Below, piece by piece: positions 55,801 through 64,000 of a stretch of 64,000 bases of DNA. The translations under genes and the position numbers were made by a program. The notes beneath the pieces were generated by a model. The model ran no database searches and was not told where the DNA came from. It worked only from the letters and a program-made list of their open reading frames with translations. Each line of letters begins with the position of its first letter. The stretch's first letter is position 1. Origin of the DNA: Tubulanus polymorphus (lineage: Eukaryota; Animalia; Nemertea); the NCBI RefSeq assembly GCF_964204645.1, contig NC_134031.1, positions 1,984,001 through 2,048,000 on the forward strand, in the 5' to 3' direction.

Positions 55801-58800
55801 CAATAAGTTCTTCAAATCCAAATCTAATCTAGCGTCCATTCCATTGGAAATATCTGGATTTAGGAGAAAGACATTCATCTATTTGACTCTAAAAATTTGA
55901 ATGCAAACTAGCGACGGGGGACGTTTCAAAGACCGACTTAACGTTTCATTAAAGTTCGATTAGTATTGCGTTATCGTGAGTAATGAATCTCTGAAACGGC
56001 CCCCAGGTTCCACGGAACGACTTTTACTTTTCATTTAAAAGTCCTATTGACGAATGGAACTTTTTAAATCGTTCTGCGAATGGGGCCGCAGGTCTTGAGA
56101 GTTATCTACAAATTTAAAACGGTTTTAGATCCAGAGAGGATTCGATTTAAGAAGTGATCTTCGAATTTCGTGCTCGAAATATATCGCAAGCCATGTAATA
56201 TATGAGCGAGAATGAATTCAGGCATCTAAGACACACAGATAGTTACAATAGGGCTTATTCATTAGTCATTAACATCATTACAGAACACAGTCTCTCAAAC
56301 CCAATAGCGCTGATCTAGTTATACGAGCGAATTTACTGGGCGATGATTCGCAAGCAAGCGTTTCTGACATTTAGTACCGTTTCGCAGTTCCCGTGGGCTA
56401 CAGCGATCAGGTTGTAGATAATTAATTTGCATTCTCGACTAGGGATAAAAACCGGTGAAACACGAAGATGAGAACTGCTGGTCTGAATCGTCGATGCGAC
56501 GGTTGATAAGAATTTGACGAAACGTCGTCGTTGTGTATTAGTGTTGTGTTTTTACGAACCAATTCGGCTCGAGGTGCAGATACATTTGCGCCCAAGTCAC
56601 ATGAACCACTAAACTACCGAGTATGGCGTCATTGCGGTCAATTATTTGATTAGAAATTGTTCTTGTTTTAAAAATCCATCTCCTTCGTCAACAATCCGTT
56701 TCGTATTTGCTTGATAAAATGATCTTTTAAGTAGAGGATCCTGCGCTGCATCTGTAATGAGTAAAAGACGCAGTGGCCAAGTGGTTTAAGCCATCTGTCG
56801 CCGGTATCGTCAGTCCAGAGTTCATGGGTTCGAATTCTGGTGGCGACACAGTTTCTTGGGCGAAGGTCTGGTATCTACGCAATTGGGAAAACGAATCCGC
56901 TAATAATTCCCTGCGCCAGCGCTCAGTCGGTTGAGGGTGATAAAAAATAATTAAAAAACCAAAATCTTAAATCGCTGGTGCGAATCGTTTTTGCTTCGAT
57001 AAAAACAGAAGCTGCAGTCATCGCGGCGTGTATAGTATAGTGAGAGAGATTAGGCGATCAAGGCGAACCGGGGACTCAGCGGAAATTAACACAGCTCCCG
57101 TCGTCGCAATATTGTATCATATTCGTCGGGGTTCGACGTAAAACACCTGCTAATTTAAACATTTTCCGTGTGTAGACGACGGAAGAAAATGGAGATTGCG
57201 CGCTTGCTTAACAAGACGATGTACCGCATAAAGGAGACGCCACAGTGAGTTGAGATGGCAACCATTTTATATATATATATACGTATATATACCCGTACTG
57301 TCTGTATAAACGGGAATAAAACCGGCTGGATTAACTTGTAAAACGCAGGCTTATAAACTCACGTGACGCAAGTACTTCGCTAAAAAATGAAGAAAGATTG
57401 ATTTCTCGAAGAGATCGAAAATGGAATCGAATAGCTAACCAGCCAGGCAGCGTGTAAAGAGTATAGGTTTATGAATTACCTGCTACTGGTTTACTGTATC
57501 TTATAGGGTCATAGTTTTGAATAGGATAATATCGAATTGAATTACTGTTTAACCATTCGATTGAGCCATCTAAGAAATATTCATTTAACAGTTGTGGACT
57601 TGTATTTTCAACCGTTTACTTAAGATGTGTGACTGACCGAAACATTAGATTCATTGAAGACAGAAGTGAAGCTATAAAGCTTTGCCTAGGATGGATTGAA
57701 GCCATCATCAGAGGACAGCATCAACACAATATCAATTTTTTCAAAACTTGCTTTGTATCGCAAGCCCCGAAAACACCACCGACTGGCTATAGAGGTCGTG
57801 CTTCCTACACGTGACTGACGCCATTTTGACGGCCAAATTGCAACGCGAAGTTTCACGACAGATCTCCGTAATTTGTAAATGACCATGATTATTTATCTAT
57901 TGTCATGTATGGCAAGTCTCCAACATTTTGACGGGTAAACAAACGATGACGTCACATGTACGCGATCACGGTGATAGATCGAATTGGACCTCTCTTTTTA
58001 AAGGGTTAATACGTGAACAGCTGTTGACGTTAATTTTTTTCATATTTCGTCTGGAATTACTTTACATTCAATACAGCGCGCTGACTACTAGTACCGGTTA
58101 CACAAATATCAACTGATTATATTGCTCAGCCCGTAGCAACTAACACACCGTCCCTGGATACATAGACTCTGCTGTACCTTCATACATATTATGTACACTG
58201 TAATACATATACATGTATATATATTCTTCAATCCTGATACATTGTATCTTTTCGACCCAGTGCATACGTATGTATCGATAATTCAAAATGTTTCTGCTCG
58301 TATTCACTAAGAGAATCGTTTATTATGGGTTCCTAAGATAAGCCGTTATCAAATTGAACACTAGTCGACGCGCTATCCGTAAGCTCTTAATGAGCTAACC
58401 GCGCAAAATCATCGGGCAAAAATTCAATACACCAGAGGTTATTGCACGTACGTCTGGCCGTCAAATGACCGTCAATGTGACGAGCCGCTTATGCGATGCA
58501 CAAGCTCTTTGGCCTGAAACAACCGTAGTTGAATCAGATGAGGTTACATGGGCTTCCAAGTAATAGGTCGAAGGGTCGGAAAATAAGAATATAAGAAAAG
58601 AAAATATTTCTTCAGATATTTTTTCATTATTTTATCAATAAAAAATAAAGATGTGAGACCTATTTCGTGGGCCATAATTTCAATTTTGTCTCAATAAACA
58701 AATGATGAAATATTGAATTTATTTCACTCTCTTATAGTTTTATTTTTATTCTATTTACCAATTATTGATGAGTTTCGATGTGATCTTTTCAAAGCTTTTG

Positions 58801-61800
58801 TAGAAAATAACAATGATAATCTAATTCACGTAATCCTTATGAATAAACAGTATAATAGGACATAGATACAATTTTTATTTTGAAATCTGGTTACAAGGGA
58901 TCTTATACGAGTCAGCAGGCTGTGCTTGAACATTAGGATCATGTTACAGTAATACCAAACGAGCATAGATTCATATCAAATCAACTGATCAAAGAACAGG
59001 AACGATCAAACCCATTTTGGGATTCAAAGAGAAAACAATCATCTTTGGAACGATTAAGTAAGAGGAACGATCATCTCTATTATCAAGTATACCCTCGGGT
59101 TATATTAAAAAAGTTGTACTCAGTAAAATAACGCGTAATGGTGCGATGTTAGTATTATCGACTTCACATTTCAATTCGATTGAGGCCTATCGGATTATTG
59201 AGAGTTCAGAACTCAATGAAATCAGCCAGCGTAGAAATTGATCGAGCATCAAAACCAATTGGATTAAAACTAACGAAAGAGTTAGTGAATTTGTCGAAAA
59301 TAAATCTTTCGAATCTGATCGGTTTCCAACATGGCGCGAGTTAAGAGGAAAAATGCCGAATAATCGACTCGTTTTTCTCGTCGAGAGATGAATGGACTAT
59401 TTACACATATCAATCTAATTAAACCAGAAAAACAGTTTTCTGATACTTAGTAAAAGTCGTCGACCGTGGGAAATAGGATATCAGTCGATTTCTGGGGATG
59501 TAATTTTCGATAGTATTTCGCTATACATATCGTAACCGTCGCTCACCAGAAAAATGTAAAAAAGACATTTCTTCGAACTCGAGACTGGAAATTGTAAAAA
59601 GCCTAGAGTTCCAAAACTGTGACAGAATTATAGGTTAGAAATGTTCCTTTTTCTTGACTGAAATACTTTCATGTAACTGACTGTATTTTGTTTTGGTAAA
59701 CCAAAAATCAAAAATAATGAGAAAACTGAAAATGGACCAAACTCTAACTCTAACTCATAACTATGAAATTAGATCGAGTTTTCTATCCTCGATTACTCGA
59801 CGGAGATCTCTAAACCACATTCCAACTACAGTAGACTGACTCGGCCCGAGTCGGATCCTTTCAACTCGGATAATCGTTCAACTCGCACCAAACATCCGAT
59901 GTTTTTTGAAATATTTTTGTGGTACTATTTCAGAAATACACGACGTCCAACTCGAACACGTTTTACGGTCCCGTCTTGAAGGGAGTCTGTACTGTAGTTT
60001 CAAATAATGAATAGTTAGATCATGGAGTCTAAAACGAAGAGTCCATGGTTAGATTAACTTGTATACAACTGTGGAACTGTGCCCTGGGGTGGATTTAAGG
60101 TGATATCATAGCTACCGCGTCTGGACCAATAATTCAAATAAGGGCGCTATATGTAATGGCACACAGAGCTGATAGCAAATCACATATTGCTCTTCGATAT
60201 TTGATGATAAGTTGGATAAGCCGGTAGCGCGCGACGTCGATGACAAGTGTGCTTATCGGTCGACCAACAAGTGGTCAAATTTACACTGGTCTTATCAATT
60301 GTCAGCGCTATATAATCAATCACTTAACGGTTAAATCAATTGATTGCGTAGCATAACTGATCAAATCATGTATTGATTAACGGGGCAGAGACAGACGAAC
60401 AGACAGACAAACAGACAGACGCATAGTCTCCTTTATACATATAATATACTATTATCGCCAGGCTTCAAGACGTATAAAGACTAATCTATTAAACATGTAG
60501 CGACGACTCGAGAAACAACGGCTTCTGTTCATTATGAAATCATATTCATATAGACAATTAATCATATACGAATCGCGAAGCTTCTTCGAGTATTTCGTTC
60601 GTTTTCCATCAGATTCGCCTTCAGTTTTCATCGAAAAATGGTAGCGGGGAGAGGAGGGAGAGGTGGAGAGAGGGAGGAGGGGAGGAGTGTGACTGGATGG
60701 AACGGGAACTAGGGATGGAGGAATATCGATGATGCTGTTAAAATATATGCATCCATTGGGTACAATTTGCGGCGGTTACATTAATTAATTCCGATGGTAA
60801 TTTTTGTGCGGGCGTCCATTCTACGAGGGAGAGAGAGAGAGAGGGAGGGAGAGCGGGAGAGAGGGAAAGAGACTGGAAGAACTGCGGCGCACTGCTCAAC
60901 GCATTCATATTGCGCTCTGCAATATTGTTTAAACTAATTACAACAGGACATAAATCATACACGACGCGAAAGTTATTTTCGCAACAACGTTTGAATCAGC
61001 GTCAAAATGTGCTCGGGTAATTTCGGACTCAGCGGTTTGATACATCGAATTGTTAATCGTTTACGATTCTTTGCTGAATAGAGACAGACAGAGAGAGAGA
61101 GAGAGAGAGCGCGCGGCTTGTCAGAGCGCGCAGTCTGACCGGCCATTACTACCGGGTTAATTACGCCGTATTATTGATGACGAAAGTTCGTCGAATCTAT
61201 TCCCATTACGAGAAAAACATTCTGTATTAACCGATAACTGGACTTGACCTCGAGTCCAATGCGTATACCGAACAATTTCCCCAAGATACAGCAGGCCCTA
61301 GTGTAGCATCATCTGTGGCAATCGAGGATTCCACTCATGGCAAGCGAGGATCCGCCAGGTTCGCTATAGTAGTCTTGCGCTCAATTTCTTCTTTATTTGA
61401 ACGGAATTTTCTCGATAAATTAATTATTTATGAAAACTGTACCAACCACTGGGTAGAAAATTGAATTCAATGCAATTTTGTGGCCACTGCGATGACGTTT
61501 AAACTCGGGAGCCTAAAATTTAAATCACATTATGTTATTCTGACATTATAAGACTGAATTCTCATCAAGTGGGATACCTGGTATATGCAGCTCTCATTCA
61601 TATTTTTTCTGAAATCATCTTTCTAGATTTTAATACGAACAGCGAGTATCCTATTTTCAAATATTGCGGATTGTAACCACATTTCAGTCTATGAATTAAT
61701 TAGATTTCAAATCTAACGCATAATAACTGTATATCTGGGTCGTCACTGCGACTTGCTGGTAGACGAGATGTCCTTAATCAATTTCTGTATTAATTACGCA

Positions 61801-63894
61801 TAGGAATTATCGAATAGAACTGAAATCGAACTGCGAGTTTTCGAACACGAGCATCGTGTATGTATATATGTATGTATGCATGCATGTATGTATGTGATAT
61901 GTATATCGGTAACTGTGGTTCGGTATTGTACGCGTGTAATAATCGTCATTGCGATGTTAACAGTTGGAGATTTTCCGATACTTCAAGAAGCGCATACACT
62001 ACACGTAAAACAAGAGGATTTCGCTATGTTTCAGTACAGGCCGATGTATTAACTAAATACTATATCACACGTATATGCAGCCATATACGCGATGAAATAT
62101 CGAGTTTTTTTTTCTATGTGAATTTCTATCTTTCGATTGCGCCGATAAATGCACGCGAGTCTGTAAATCCCACGCCGAGTCTCGAAACACGATTAGACCA
62201 AATGAAACCTGTTGAAAAACCCACTATTAGGAAGAAAACCTATAAAGAGTAGTGACGTTACGAACATTTGTTTAGTTTTGAAAATGATTCGTGGAATAAA
62301 GTCGCAATAGATCCTCAGTGACTCTATGACATATGTGGAAAATACGGCTGACGTTTATGCAAATCCACTTCACTAAAATATGGGATCAGTCATGTGATTC
62401 GCGTCATCATATTAGAGGGCAAACATGTGTGATCCGTGCCGATGAAAATCGCAGCAAAAACCACATTGGCCGCCGGAGCTTGTAAACTGAACAAACATAT
62501 AATATCAGCGTGAAACGGGGATGTAAAAACTACTGGAATCCGCCATATAAATCGCTTAATATTTCAGATCACCGACAATATACCCCGCGCATTCCTCTTC
62601 GTAACAATCGCATAATATGGCGTATGTCAAGATGGCCGCTATGGCAGTCAATTGTGGGTGTATATTACATTAAGTTGGTATTATCTACGATTAACGAAAT
62701 AAATCTATCAACATCCGCGACGTCAACAGATGGAATCTCGTCAGCGGTGTTTATTCCTATCCGGCGCAGTCAGACGCGACGCATGGTGGATATGTAATAT
62801 TTCAATCTGGTTATTAAGGCGACGCAGTGTGCGCCGACGCCACCGCCGCCGCACACTGTGTGCCGTCGCAGTGTGTATGATGCCGATTCATTTTCGTGTG
62901 TGATGGATGTGAAATAAAAACGACGATTAATATTCGTCGAGTAACACACAAATGTTAACGCATTATTACACGGTTCAGTCTGTATATGCTAAAATAGAGC
63001 CGACAACCTGATGCTGGGTATAACAGATACCGACATAATCTGAATATGATTCTTGGAATAAAGTGGAGTCGGTAAACCGACTCGACCAGTAAAGCCATTA
63101 GGATCACCCCATCCCCATACCATCTGATGAGGCATGCTGTTTAAGTAAAAGTCCATTAATCGAGAGATATTAATTTCTTTCCTGAAAATAGAGTGACATT
63201 TTATCAAGATAACCTGTTCAGCAGGTATGAATCTGCAGCCAGAACCACCCATCGATTTAGTCTGATTTCGAACTCATAATCATCAACACTTAAACGTGTG
63301 ATCGGGACTTCGCCTGAAACATTTTTAATTGAAAATTCAAACACCAGAAATTGGACATTTTATCAGAAAACTTTCAAAAACTGATCATCGACGCTTTGCC
63401 TGTGTTCAGCACATCACCTGAGACATTGTCAATTGTCATTGATCTACAAACACCAGACAGACGTTTTATCAGCACACTTTCAAAAAGTGATCGTATAGCT
63501 TCATCAGAACTTCACCTGAGACATTTTCCATTAAAAAAAAAGAACTACAAACACCAGATATTATCAGCACTCTTTCAAAAAGCGATCATCGATCAAGACT
63601 TCGCGGACAACTAGTGTTGAATGTCTGGATGGAGGCTGTAGGCAACAGATTAATACTCGCGTTATACAGATTATCAATTTCAACGATGAACTTACCTAAA
63701 TAGTGAATCCAGTAATTGCTGCAAATTGAAACAGTACCCAGAGCTATAGCAGTCAACGTACTAAATAGTCCGACCAATCTGAACGGTTTATACACGTGTG
63801 ATTCGCGCGTGTATTGCTGTTCTGTGAATTTCTTATCGACCGTATTGTCGTAAGTTTTAAATTTCAAAAAGTTTTTCACATTAGACATCTTCAT
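52866..63894 (-). CDS. Claudin/PMP22/TMEM47-family tetraspan protein, 4 coding exons
   Basis: Exons 63894-63696, 55586-55476, 54302-54153 and 53083-52866 splice in frame: …CSNYWIHYL|DETSGLWDVC…CPSFPRTF|EWHQAVIGLL…GEIFVIC|ALTMTSALIVYP…YGYGYYLGW…HI*. Contains the W-GLW-C-C claudin signature and YGYGYxLGW before TM4. Confidence 0.88.
53348..53685. mobile_element. Palindromic MITE with tRNA-like arms and 9-bp TSD, nested in a family-A MITE, in claudin-like intron 3
   Basis: GCCACGACT-[CATCCTCCC…GGGAGGATG]-GCCACGACT. Arms are reverse complements for >100 bp with mismatches. B-boxes GGTTCGAATCCC (minus) and GGTTCGAGTCCC (plus). Confidence 0.85.
54352..54701. mobile_element. MITE with TIR TACGGAAGCCCCTAGGTGACAT and internal 20-bp repeats (gtcgaaattcgacttatta)
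   Basis: Perfect 22-bp TIR and ~14 internally palindromic units. Confidence 0.9.
56767..56958 (+). mobile_element. tRNA-derived SINE
   Basis: A-box TGGCCAAGTGG, B-box GGTTCGAATTCT, non-tRNA body and A-rich tail. No proper cloverleaf. Confidence 0.65.
59829..59994. mobile_element. Tc1/mariner-like MITE remnant
   Basis: TA-cagtagact … gagtctgtactg-TA. Confidence 0.5.
60021..60047. mobile_element. 27-bp collapsed TIR element with 7-bp TSD
   Basis: GTTAGAT-[CATGGAGTC-taaaacgaa-GAGTCCATG]-GTTAGAT. Confidence 0.65.
63305..63605. repeat. ~105-bp degenerate tandem repeat, about 3 units
   Basis: aaacaccaga…ttatcagcac…ttcaaaaa.tgatc…cacctgagacatt recurs. Confidence 0.7.
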
Positions 63895-64000
63895 TTCTGA
63901 CGTCTTTTTTTTTATTACACGTAAATCATGCGTCGCTGGAATTCTTTGGTATCTACCGATCCTGTATTTCGTGTTGTTTTTGCTGTGCTTTCTACGACGC

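Noticed and set aside
56767-56850. tRNA gene
   Set aside because: A and B boxes present, but no acceptor or anticodon stems consistent with a cloverleaf. Treated as a SINE. The same applies to fragments at ~15630, ~21105 and ~33775.

Overview
AT-rich, intron-rich animal genomic DNA, most likely a marine invertebrate (lophotrochozoan is my inference, not verified). The first 31.5 kb is gene-dense: a CCDC30-like coiled-coil gene (minus, running off the left edge), an SLC22-family transporter (+), YEATS4/GAS41 (+), an SLC25A34/35-like mitochondrial carrier (-), a circularly permuted Ras (cpRas)-Zn finger-vWA gene (-), and a single-coding-exon MS4A/CD20-like membrane protein with a long low-complexity N-terminus (-). 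The 32-52 kb region is gene-poor. A 4-exon claudin/PMP22-family gene (-) spans 52.9-63.9 kb. Non-coding DNA carries many small non-autonomous transposons (Harbinger-, piggyBac-, mariner-, P-like and Mutator-like MITEs, tRNA-derived SINEs). Most notable: (1) the cpRas gene with G3-G4-G5-G1-G2 motif order; (2) minimal type-I hammerhead ribozyme motifs of the Penelope type in introns, plus a head-to-head fused pair; (3) a palindromic element whose two arms both carry tRNA/Pol III B-boxes, with a 9-bp TSD; (4) a possible unannotated, hairpin-rich transcript divergent from YEATS4. All exon models were assembled by eye from GT-AG sites and reading-frame continuity. No database search was run.
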